Part shown: piece after piece, positions 1 to 10,190 of the stretch
Layout of the letters: each line of letters starts with the position of its first letter
Numbering within the stretch: position 1 is the stretch's first letter
DNA from: Carpediemonas membranifera BICM
Taxonomy: Eukaryota; Protista; Fornicata
Assembly (NCBI GenBank): GCA_019828565.1
Contig: JAHDYR010000028.1
Location: forward strand, 1 to 64,000
Length of the DNA stretch: 64,000 bases
Reading direction: 5' to 3'
The notes under the pieces: model-generated
What the model saw: only the letters and a program-made list of their open reading frames with translations
The model's database searches: none
What the model was told of the DNA's origin: nothing
Position numbers and translations under genes: made by a program

Positions 1-5
1 GCTCC

Positions 6-870
6 TTATCGACGAGGAACGGACCTTTCCAGATCGTTCGGATCTTCCCGTCTCCATGGGGAGGTAACAGGAGCACATGGTCCTGTACGACGATCTCTTC
101 GGCGTTCTCGCTCCTCTCTCCCTTCTTCCTCTCTTCTTCTTGGATCATTGACGTCTTCGATATCATCATCTGTCGAACCTCTTCGTTCAGCAGATCTAGG
201 TCGTTGATTTCGAGTGTCGTCGGCTGTGTGATGAGTTGTAGAGCGTTTGTGGGTCTCCACGTGATGCCGTGTGCTGCTTGGTCCGGCGTGCATCCAATCG
301 ACCTGTGGTAAGAGGTGTTGACCTGGCGCTGGATGATCGGTATAGCCAAGGGCCAGTCCTCCCAGGATCCCCAGTCGGTGCAGACGCCTCAGGAGCTTGA
401 TGACTGTCTGATTCGTTCGCTCCGAAATTCCATTCGCCTGCGGATGATAGGAGAATGTCGTGTGGTGCGTTGCCTCTAGCGGCTTAAGCAAGGCTGCTAC
501 GACTCTGTTTCGGAACTCCGTACCCTGGTCGGAGTGAAGTACTTTCATCGGGCCGTGGTTCCCGATCCAGTGTAACAGCGCTGCAGCGGCGTCCTCTGCG
601 GTCTTGTTCGTTGTGGGATATACCTCAGTGTACCTCGTGGCGTGATCCACGAGGATCATGAGGTACTTGTGCCCTGATGACGACGTCGGGGTCACCTTGA
701 CCGTGTCGATCGCGACTCGTTCAAACGGGCCGTCGCGGGGAATCTTGCCAATCTTGACCTGAACGTTTCCTCGCGCGACGTTCTTTTGACAAACGGGGCA
801 TCGCGTGATATACTCTGTGACCGTCTTCCTCATCCCAGGCCACGAGTAGCCGGCGTCCTTCAGGAACCGG
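6..870 (-). pseudogene. G1 integrase fragment
   Basis: CPVCQ zinc-finger half, AIDT, HSDQGTEF, HPQANGISER; frameshifted further downstream. Confidence 0.85.
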
Positions 871-3424
871 AGGGTTAAGCTTCTTCGACATGAAGGTGAT
901 AGGTTTTTCCTCGCCGTCGATGATCTGCAGCAGAACTCCGCCAATGCCGATATTGCTGGCGTCCGTTCGAACTATTAGAGGCTCTGTGTAGTCCGGGGCC
1001 GCGAGTATGCGAGCACCGGCGATCGCCTCCTTCGCTCGCTTGAAGGCCGCGTCGTGTGTGGCGTCCCAGTCTCTATAGACCTTCTTTATCTTCCCTGTGA
1101 GTGCTGTTAGAGGGGGTAGTGTTGCTGCGAGGTTCGTCCCGAACCTCGTGAAGAAGATGGCTACTTCCAGGAAGCGGCGCAGGCCTGCTAGGTCTGTCGG
1201 CCTGGCCATGTTGACGACCGCGGCGATCCTTGCGGGGTCCATGCGTATGCCGCGCTTGGATATCATGTAGCCGACACAGCTCACCTCGTCGCTAACGAAG
1301 TCGCATTTGTCGAGGTTGAAGCGGAGGTCGTAGTCGGCGGCTATCTCGAGTAGGCGCCTGAGTGTCTTTAGGCGCTCCTCATCGCTGTGCTCTTTCACCA
1401 AGAAGTCGTCGATATAAATGTGCAGTTTTTTCCCCGCATCGATCAACTCCTGGAAAATGGTGTTCATCGCGTTCTGAAAGAACGCGGGGGCGTTCTTAAG
1501 CCCAAATGGTAGCCTTGTGGCTTCGAACAGGCCCATAGGCGTTGTGAATGCCGTCTTGCTGATGTCCTTTGGGCGAATCGGCACTTGGTTGTAGCCGCGG
1601 CGCAAATTGAGCGTCGCAAAGTGACTGAAGCCGTGTGTTGCTGCTAACATCGCTTCGATGTTCTCCGTAGGAAGGCTCATCGATTTGGTGATCGTGTTGA
1701 GTTTCCGGTAGTCGATGCAGAAGCGGTACTTGCCCTTCTGCCGGACTATGACGATCGGAGACGCATACTTGTCGTTCCCTCGCGCCCTGCGAATGACGTT
1801 GTCCCTGAGCATCCGTTCGATCTCTTGGGATGCAACTTCACGCATCGGGGGGCTCAGCTGTCGCGGGTTCTCCCGCAGTGTTGTCTCCCCGTCGAGGAGC
1901 TCGATTGGGTACGCTGGGAGCGTCTTCTGTCCATCGGCGGGTTCGTCACTAAATAGCTTCCTGTTGTCTTCGATGAGTTGGGTGTACTCGGGGGGAAGGT
2001 CGAGACGTTTGTGTCGGGGTTCAGTGGATGGGTCCCCAATGTCGGTGTCTCTCTGGACGTCCCCTGTGCTGTGGTCGACCATGCCGAGCGCGGAAAGCGC
2101 GTCCAGGCCGAGTGTCGGTTCGTCAGTCCAGGTGGCGAAATGGATTGGGAGGCGCGTCCTTGCCCGAGAAGCTGTGCGGGTTGCGCCCGTTGGCGTCTCG
2201 ATAAAGATCGGCTCGGTCGATGCCTCGGTCTCGAGGGGCTGGTGGTTGAATCCCTCGAATTGGATCTTAATCTGCTCGATCGCGAAGTTGTCCTCGAGCA
2301 TCTGGCGCCACTCGCTGGGCAGGATAATCGACGATGTGCACCCTGAGTCGCAGAATGCACGGAAGCTCATCAGTGGCGTTCGATCCTTCCGCAGCAACGT
2401 GACGTTCGTGTGCCAGCTGTTGCTCCTCTCGACGGCGGCTCTTGCCTGTCTGGTGGTTCGTACCGGAGGTTCTCCCTCCTTCTTCCTTTCCCAGCCGGCG
2501 AGGAGCTTGGTCGAGCGACATTTCGTCGCCTTGTGGCCGGGCTGTCCGCATGCAAAGCAGGTCGGCTTCTCGCGTCGGGTCTCGTGGTCTGGGCCTCGCC
2601 GGGTGTCTCGGCGGGCGTCGCGCCGGTTGTCTCGGTTCGTTTCGCGCCCTGTACTGCGTCTCTCGTCCTCTCTCTGTCCTGCGGCCAGCGTTGCTCGCGC
2701 GATCTCGTCCGCCGCGTCGGGGGCCACCAGTAGTAAATCTGTTAGTGTTCTGGGAGCGTACTTGTCCTCAATACGTTCCTTCACCTTGCCCGGCAGCTTC
2801 CGCATGACGAGTGCGCGGACTGCCTTCTCGGCCGGTCTGGCGTCCTTCGGCGTAATGTCCAACACCTGTGCGACCTTGGCTGTATAAGAAGCCATGCGGA
2901 GGCTAAGAGTCTCGACATTTGGGTTGTGGGAGAACGGAATCGACTTGACGCGACTCCAGGCCGCGTCGAAAGTCTTTGGTGCAATCAACGTTCTGATGTT
3001 TTCAAGCACATCCGGGCCTCTTTGCACCAAGAAGGTATATAGGGTGCCCTGTACGAAGTGAGAGATGTGAGGGATGTCCTGTCCCAGCGCCTTGCACGCC
3101 TTCGCGTACGTCTCGTGCTCATCGAGGAACTTCTCGATGCGCGCGCGGTCCTCAAGCGACACTAGGATGTCCGGATACTTTGGGAGCGTTGCAGAGGCTG
3201 CGGGCCGGTTCCAGGGCATCGTCGGCTGGAACGCCGGCGTCGTGCCCTGTAGGACTGGATGACGCGGTGCCCCGGCCCCCGGGGGGGCCATGGGGGGCGC
3301 AGCGTACGGCAGGTAGCCGTGGATTACCCAGGGTTGGTTGGCATAAGGCGGCGCCCAGTATTGGGGGTTCGGCGCGCCCCACACTGGGGTCGGTCCAGTT
3401 GGCGGGGAAATGTATGCCTGCGAG
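721..3424 (-). pseudogene. G1 gag-pol, main part: Gag, zinc knuckle, protease, RT, partial RNase H
   Basis: 887-aa ORF with CX2CX4HX4C, FCDSG, FCIDYRKLN, PFGLKNAP, YIDD and TDAS; homology breaks off after KKLNP at about 870. Confidence 0.9.
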
Positions 3425-3548
3425 TGTAGCCTTATGGCTAGGGAAAGATTGTTTTATATAAGAAAACCCATGATGTGGTGAATATGGTCAATACTATATA
3501 AATCTATGAAATGGTAATCCTATGTAACATTGGATAAGACCCACTGCA
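3425..3548 (-). repeat. G2 3' LTR (124 bp)
   Basis: TG...CA ends; differs from the 9615-9736 copy by one 2-bp indel and one substitution. Confidence 0.95.
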
Positions 3549-4356
3549 CTGCCCCTCCAGTGCCCGTAAGGCACGACCTCAAGCAACGCATATATATGGT
3601 CGGCAATAGCCGATGAGGATTAGTGAAGTGACAACCGCTTCGAACGTACGAGAGCCACCAAGTACGATCGAAACAGTCTACTCTATTGGCGGTAGAGTAG
3701 GCTATGTCTGCCCTTCAGGCCTTGATCTACGATCTTAGCCAGTATTATGTAAAGATATGGTTGATACTATTATTCGAATCTGTATCTATAAAAATCTTGT
3801 GGTACCACTGTATAAACGCGCGCGCTAAGTTAGGTATAGGGTATCTTACATGTCCCTGCCCCTCCACGGCCGGAATACGGCCGTGATTGTGGCGGTTTGG
3901 TTCGGCTGTGCATTTTATGGCACAATGAACCGCGGTTTCGAAAGTTTCACTATACGCGGGTTGCAAAGCGCTAGCCAGCGTATAGTTGTCAAAAATGGGG
4001 TTTTCAGCCCTCAACGACGACTTCGTTGGCGAGTTCTGGACGTTTTTCTTTTTCGGTGCCGAATGAAGGTGCTGCTCTGCGCTACGTGTGTCCTTCATGA
4101 ATAACAACATCAATACTTAGTAAAAGCCTTCGTTGCTGCACTGTTTGTGGGATATTGAGGAGTATCTTCACGATTCTCCTCAAGGCTTCATGAGCGTCAT
4201 CGAATCGACCTCCTGCGCCCAGGCTCCGGTCATGATCATGGCTGCTATGGTCTGCGGGTTAGTCAGCTAGGTTGCAGTAGTTCCCATAAAGTACGATAAT
4301 TACGTCAATGCATGTAAATGCTGCTTTGAAGGATTTCAAAGCAGCCGTTTGAGGAT

Positions 4357-5596
4357 ATGGAGAATTATACCGCCGCAATGAAGGCTATAATCGAGGAACT
4401 AAGCGATGACGATGACATTGCCGCCCTCAATCGCGTCTTCCGCCACGTTATTCGCAAGCGTGCTCGTCGACGCGTTGGATCTACCGCCAACTCCGACAAC
4501 ACGACTAATCAGTCCTCCATTGATGCTTCAACAACCGCTACGGGCTCAACAGTCAACGATCAGGAGCGCCAGCCCGATTCCAGCGTGGTTCCGGCAACCG
4601 TCGTCGGCGATTCGCGTCCGTCTCGCCGTGCTAGAGGCAAGCGCCGTATCGGCGTCCGTGATCGAGTTCTCCCGCCGGCAGTCACGGGCGCGGACGTGGT
4701 GTTCGAGCCTCCCCGCATTGATCGCGCCACACGGCTGCGGGGTGAGCTCGATCACGTCATCTCGACGGTCACGGCGACGTTATCGACATTCTCATCGCAT
4801 CTAGAGCTGTCAGTGCAGCCGTTTCTCGATGTGTTGATGAGCGGTGCGCTTAACCAGGCATCGCTGACCTCCGTTCAGCGCCTCGACGGTGGCGTCATCG
4901 CTCTGTCTGGGGCAGTCGATGACTACTATCTGCTTGTCGGCTTCCGCAAGTACTTCGATCTTGGCTCCGGTGTCAGCGACCGGGAGATCATGAACCAGGT
5001 ATTCAACGGTCGCCGTGCCGGCGATATCCGCCGGGAGGTCCTGGATGAGGCGGCACGCCTTCTTGCCGTTGGGGTCGACACGGCACGTAGCCACGTCCGC
5101 CGGCTCTATCTTCTTACGCATCATGTTTCGTATTATGCAGTGCTACAGCACGCGATCTGGAGCCGGGTGCTGCAGGGCCGGCAGTGCCTGTATCGATTTG
5201 CCAATGACTGCTACGCCCTTGCCTGCGCCGAGGAGCTGCCGACCCTCAGCCTCCCCCCGGTAGGTACCCCGGTTTCTTCGTCTTACACAGGATATGACCC
5301 GCTTTCAGGTCTACGAGCGCGACCGGTATTATCGCGTGCTGGCTGTGCGTGGTCACTGGTGGCTGTTCGTTGAGCAGGCCTACCGTGGTCGCGCTGGCTC
5401 CTTCTTGCTCCTTGTCGCCTACGACGGGTTCCCTGAAGCAAGTCTGACGCCGGTTAACGCAGACCTTGTCCGCGTGGCTGTGGTCAACCAGTACCTCAGG
5501 GCTCATTCCGAGCTCTGGGACGTTCTGCCTGAGTCCCTGCAAGTAGAGTTGGAAGAAGTGGTGACCAGTGACGAGGAGTCTGCCGGTGATGAGTAA
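4357..5596 (+). CDS. Antisense accessory gene inside G2, two exons (4357-5259 and 5291-5596, about 402 aa), C-terminal chromodomain-like region
   Basis: Removing GTAGGT...TCTTACACAG (5260-5290, 31 nt) joins the 338-aa and 100-aa ORFs in frame (LPP|DMTRF). The C-terminus LLLVAYDGFPEASLTPVNADLVRVAVVNQYLRAH resembles the gypsy chromodomains in this window. Confidence 0.7.
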
Positions 5597-5661
5597 ATGT
5601 TCTGATGATCTTGGCTAGCGTCTTGATAGTCCGTTATTTACACGGCTATGTACAAGGGCTA

Positions 5662-8001
5662 TTAATCTGTATTGTTCGCCAGGAAGATGTCGAGAGCAGT
5701 GCAGTCCTTAACGTTCTTATATGGTTCCCACGTGGATTCTTCGTCCTCAAATCCGGCCCAGTGCACGAGGTACTTCTTCTGCGACATGGTACCTGACCCG
5801 CGTGCTGCTGAAATGCGGTCGACCAACCACTCGTCCCTGCTAGTTGCAGCGAGTTGCTGGATCTGGTCGTCAGTTAGTGTACCGGGGTTGAACCTTCGCA
5901 CTCGTGCGGCATCGACCTTGATGGTCTTACCATTCGTGGGTGACTCTGCCATGTCTTGGACTTCATATGCCACGGTGACGCCTGATTGCTTGATGCTCTT
6001 AACGCGCCTCATCGGGCCTCTCCACCCTGGTGATAGTTTGTCAGGTGGGCGTGAGGGGTACTTGACCAGGACGTAACGACTCAGGATCTCCGTACGAGAT
6101 GAGGCGGCCTTCGACCACGCGTCCTCCTTCATCGCTTGGATGCGAGCCTTCGCCAGCTGTATTGCTGCGTCGGCGGCTGCCCGGTGTGACTGCTTGGCGC
6201 TCGCTGACGCTTGCTTGGTGACGTATATTGAGCTGGGCACGGTGAGGTTATATCCCAGGACGATCTCAGCCGGTGATAGGCGGGTTGGGACTCGCGGCGT
6301 GGCGTTGATGATAAAGCTCGCGACAGGCAGGTGATGTATCCAGTTAGAGTCTCTTAGGTGGAACTTGCGTGCCTTCAAGATGCGTAAAACCTCCTTGTTG
6401 GCTCGCTCCACCATCCCGTTTGACTGTGGATGGTGGGCCGTAGTGATGTGCGTATCAAAGCCCAACTCCTTGGACAACCGTTGGAATAGCTTGTTGTTAA
6501 ACTCTGGCCCTCCATCGGACTGTAACACCTCTGGGCACCCGAAGCGCAGTACCCAGTTGTTGACGAATGCGTCAGCTGCTGCTTCGGCTGTGGTCCCGGA
6601 GACGGCAACCAGCTCGGTCCACCGTGAGCACATGTCGACCATGACCGTAATGTGCGTCATACCGTCCCGCGTTGGGAATGGCCCCATAGTGTCGATCGCT
6701 ACGCGTTTGAACGGGGTCTCTACAGCCGTATGTAACCCGGCCACAGTCTGCTCGGGTGGTCGTTCTAGCACTTGGCACGTGGGGCAATGAGAGATGAACT
6801 CGTCCACAGCTGAGCGGGATACGCTCAACCCGTCGGCTCTCAGTCTGTCGATTGTCTGTCTTCTCGAGAAATGAGCGCCTGCCATCTCGTGTGCCTTCTT
6901 AATCTGGTCAGTGGACGCCTGGGAGCGTACGGTGAAAACTCTCGATAGTCCGTCGGCTCCGGCGTTGTCTAAGCCTGCGACGTGCTCGATACCAAAGTCT
7001 AAGTCGGACAGGGTGTCAGCCCATCGCTTGACCTTGGCGTTAACGCTCCGGAACATGAACAGGAGGTTCCTGTGGTCGGTCAGGATTGTGAAATGGCCCC
7101 AACTGAGGAACTTGCGCCAGCGTTGTACGGCAGCTATAATGGCGTACGCCTCCTTCTCACTGGTGGACCATCTCGCCTGCACCTCATTAAAGGCCTTACT
7201 CATATAGCATACTGGCCTACCCTCTTGGAGGAGTACTGCACCGTAGCCGAGCCCTGAGGCATCAGTCATAATAGTGTGCTCCTTAGTCGCGTCGAAGATG
7301 GCGAGTGCGTCTGCCGATGTGAGAGCGTCCTTGATCTTCTTCAGCGCTGCGTCCTGTTCAGGCTGGCCGATAGGCCTGCGCCCGGCCATTGCCTCAGTCA
7401 AGGGGAGGGCGATCTCGGCGAAACGGTCCACGTGATCTCTGAAATAGTTCAGAAAGCCTACTAAGCCCTGCATCCCACGGACGCTCTTGGGCAACTGGAG
7501 CTCTGCAATGCCGGCTACCCGGTCGGGGGCGATGTGTTTCTGCCCCTCGGAGATTACCCAACCTAGGAACTCGACCTCGGCACGGCCAAACTGGCATTTC
7601 TCCCTATTGAGCTGTAACTTTGTCTCGCGTGCGCGAAGGAGGACCTTGCGGAGATTCTGGAGATATTCCTCTTCGCTTGCCCCGAAGATGATGATGTCGT
7701 CAATGTATATATAACAGGCTGTGCCGACCAGCCCCCGGAAGGCGGACTCCATAGCCCGCTGGAAATGGGCTCCAGCATTGCGTAGCCCAAAGGGCATCCG
7801 GCAGTACTCGTACTGCCCCAGAGCCGTAGTAAATGCGGTGTACTGGCGGCAGCGCTCGGTCAGCTCGACTTGGTGGTAACCGGCGGAGAGGTCGAGGGTT
7901 GCGAAGACCTTCTTCCCCGCTAGCTGGGAGATAACCTCGTCAATACGAGGTATGGGGGTAGTTGAAAGGTTCGGTGATGTCGTTAATTTGTCTGAAGTCA
8001 A
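5662..8001 (-). CDS. G2 pol: RT, RNase H, integrase, chromodomain
   Basis: LDLSAGYHQ, YIDD, TDAS, HHCC, DTMGP, SDGG, VER, GPM, YLVHWAGF..TWEP. Confidence 0.93.
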   Translation of the reverse strand: MTSDKLTTSPNLSTTPIPRIDEVISQLAGKKVFATLDLSAGYHQVELTERCRQYTAFTTALGQYEYCRMPFGLRNAGAHFQRAMESAFRGLVGTACYIYIDDIIIFGASEEEYLQNLRKVLLRARETKLQLNREKCQFGRAEVEFLGWVISEGQKHIAPDRVAGIAELQLPKSVRGMQGLVGFLNYFRDHVDRFAEIALPLTEAMAGRRPIGQPEQDAALKKIKDALTSADALAIFDATKEHTIMTDASGLGYGAVLLQEGRPVCYMSKAFNEVQARWSTSEKEAYAIIAAVQRWRKFLSWGHFTILTDHRNLLFMFRSVNAKVKRWADTLSDLDFGIEHVAGLDNAGADGLSRVFTVRSQASTDQIKKAHEMAGAHFSRRQTIDRLRADGLSVSRSAVDEFISHCPTCQVLERPPEQTVAGLHTAVETPFKRVAIDTMGPFPTRDGMTHITVMVDMCSRWTELVAVSGTTAEAAADAFVNNWVLRFGCPEVLQSDGGPEFNNKLFQRLSKELGFDTHITTAHHPQSNGMVERANKEVLRILKARKFHLRDSNWIHHLPVASFIINATPRVPTRLSPAEIVLGYNLTVPSSIYVTKQASASAKQSHRAAADAAIQLAKARIQAMKEDAWSKAASSRTEILSRYVLVKYPSRPPDKLSPGWRGPMRRVKSIKQSGVTVAYEVQDMAESPTNGKTIKVDAARVRRFNPGTLTDDQIQQLAATSRDEWLVDRISAARGSGTMSQKKYLVHWAGFEDEESTWEPYKNVKDCTALDIFLANNTD

Positions 8002-9594
8002 CTACGAATCGGGACTTACCCCCTTTCTTGGGTACTGTCATCGCGGGCGAAGCGTAAGGCGATTGACAGGCACGGATAAATCTCTTCGCCAGGAGAGCGT
8101 CAATGTGCTCCTTGACGACGGCTACCTTCGCCGGGGGGATGTAGTATGGTCGCGCGTTCACGACCCTGTCACTCTTCAGGATCAAGTCGTACGGTTCGAG
8201 CTTGCTTGGCTCGTTGCGATCTTCGAACACTGCGCTGAACTCCTTGAGAACCTTGGCCTGTGTATCGCTCGTAGTGGGGTTCAACTGGTGGACGGCAGCG
8301 TCGAACTTGGCGGGCGACGGAATGTCCAGCTCGTCGCTACCCTCCTTGTTCCACTCAGCCTGAGGGAGTATACCCAACTCGACCATATGGGGGTACCCTA
8401 TGATCAGGTCGAAGTCGGTGTCGAGTAGAAGTAGCTCGGCGTTAAATGTACAAGTGCGCGGGGTGAACGATGATGGTTGTAGCTTAATCGTAGCGTTGAC
8501 TCGACCCTGTGACTGTTTCTCGCCGCCTGCTGTTGCGACACGCTCCTGCGTGGTGGATATGACCTCGAGCTTGGCTGCGTGGCGAGGGTGGATGCTTGAC
8601 ACGTTAGCTCCCGAGTCTAATAAAGCTGTCAGCTTCTGCTTGCCTACTGAAACCGGTACGAGTGGTAGGTTGATCTTGGACTTGGACTGATCTGCACTGA
8701 TAGAGAGAGAATATTGCGGAGATTTATCCCGACAATATCTCTCCAGGTGACCAGTCTTCTTGCAGATCGAGCACGTGTGCTTCGGCTTGGGGCACTTGTG
8801 CCATGCGTGTTTGCCGCCGCAGTTCCAGCAGGTGTAGTCGCGCTTCTTGTCAGTGCTACTGGGATGGGGCTTACGCTCTGACTTATCCCGGTTCAGCGTC
8901 TTGTTGCTTCCCTCCTCAGACGGCAGCGGCTGGCGATAAGGATGGCCGTTGCGGCCTGCTCTCTTTCTGTTACCGCTAGGATGGCCGCCTGTCGGGTGAA
9001 TGCTCTTGGGGTGCTTCTGTCCGTCTCCTAGGTACGCTTCTCTCAGCTCTTCGCCGTCCCGCAGCTCGGTGCTAATGGCGAGTACCTGAGGCATGGCATC
9101 ACTCAGAGTGGAATCTTCGATCAACTCTTGAATGCGGTACATAGTTCTGCCTGTTCCCTGCTTGAAGCAGCGGGCGTACGTCTTACACAGTGTCTCCTGT
9201 GATGACTCGGGTTGCAGAATAGCCAGCAATGTCTGAAAGCGCTTGTTGATGCGTACCACCTCGCTAGGCGTGAAGGATGTGGCGTTCAAGCGGAAGTATT
9301 CAAGCCTTGCTACCTCGTGGCGTGGTCTAAAGGCCTTGCCGAGACGCTTGACACAAGCAAGATGTCTTGTTCGCGCCGGCGTGTAGTCTTGGTCTTGATG
9401 AGTGCCACGGGAGGATCTTCGTCGTCCGTGCCGAGTACTCCGTCAACGTAGTCACGGACGCAGCTGTCTACTAGGCGGTCTGAGCGCTGTTTTCCGCCGA
9501 GTGCTCGATAATCTTGGAGCGCTTCCACGAACGTGACTAATTCAGCCACGGACGTGCCCTTTAGTATCGGCGCTTTGGCCTTCCCGCATACCAT
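7940..9594 (-). pseudogene. G2 gag-protease, frameshifted at about 9300 and about 7960
   Basis: ATG at 9594; two zinc knuckles (CWNCGGKHAWHKC, CSICKKTGHLERYC); LLDSGA protease; start of RT. Confidence 0.88.
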
Positions 9595-9614
9595 GTTGGT
9601 GGGATTAGTACTAA

Positions 9615-9736
9615 TGTAGCCTTATGGCTAGGGAAAGATTGTTTTATATAAGAAAACCCATGATGTGGTGAATATGGTCAATACTATAAATCTATGAAAT
9701 GGTAATCCTATGTAACATTGGGTAAGACCCACTGCA
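9615..9736 (-). repeat. G2 5' LTR (122 bp)
   Basis: Direct repeat of 3425-3548; Gag ATG lies 20 nt downstream. Confidence 0.95.
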
Positions 9737-10099
9737 CGAGGAGCTTGCGGAGCTGCTCGGAGTCGAGATATCTTCATCGAGCTGCCCGGAGGTGCTCGAG
9801 AGACCCAAAAGATCGTCCAGTGGGCCCGGGGTTGCGACCCCCGAGACCTGTGGCGTGGGATGTTCGGCCCCGACGCCGTAGGGGATGTTGCTGTCCGCGT
9901 AAGAAGTGGATACTGCAGTGAGGATGATGTCCTCCCACCAGAAGTGCTCCGCAGGGTCGGATTTTTCAGTTGCGACGTACGTGTCCGGCGATGAGCGTCC
10001 TCCATCGCTGGCCATCATCTGCTGGTGTACCTCTTGCATGGCAGATGATATCATCTGTGGTGTGAGCTCAGTTTGCATAAAGGTTTACCGATAACTAGT

Positions 10100-10190
10100 T
10101 GTGACTCACCTGGAGTCGCGCAGGGTGACTCCACGACTCTCGCACTTTAAGGCCATCTTGAGTCGGGCTGCTCCGGCTACACTTACGACA
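10100..10190 (-). repeat. G1 5' LTR (91 bp)
   Basis: TGTCG...TCACA on the minus strand, between the interrupted G3 chromodomain and the G1 Gag ATG (21-nt leader); partner LTR is outside the window. Confidence 0.75.

Larger units (their letters stand above)
3425..9736 (-). mobile_element. Full-length chromovirus-type gypsy element G2 (6312 bp) with 4-bp TSD CGAG
   Basis: Near-identical LTRs at 3425-3548 and 9615-9736; CGAG at 3421-3424 and 9737-9740; PPT GGAGGGGCAG next to the 3' LTR; gag-pol ends in a chromodomain. Confidence 0.95.
1..10190 (-). mobile_element. Ty3/gypsy LTR retrotransposon G1, interrupted by G2; 3' end lies outside the window; internal deletion between RNase H and integrase
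   Basis: Gag ATG at 10078 reads in frame across the G2 insertion (SSS|QAYISPPTGPTPVWGAP). CCHC knuckle CFACGQPGHKATKC, protease DSG, RT YIDD, RNase H TDAS, integrase DTV/SDQG/SER. 5' LTR at 10100-10190. Confidence 0.9.
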
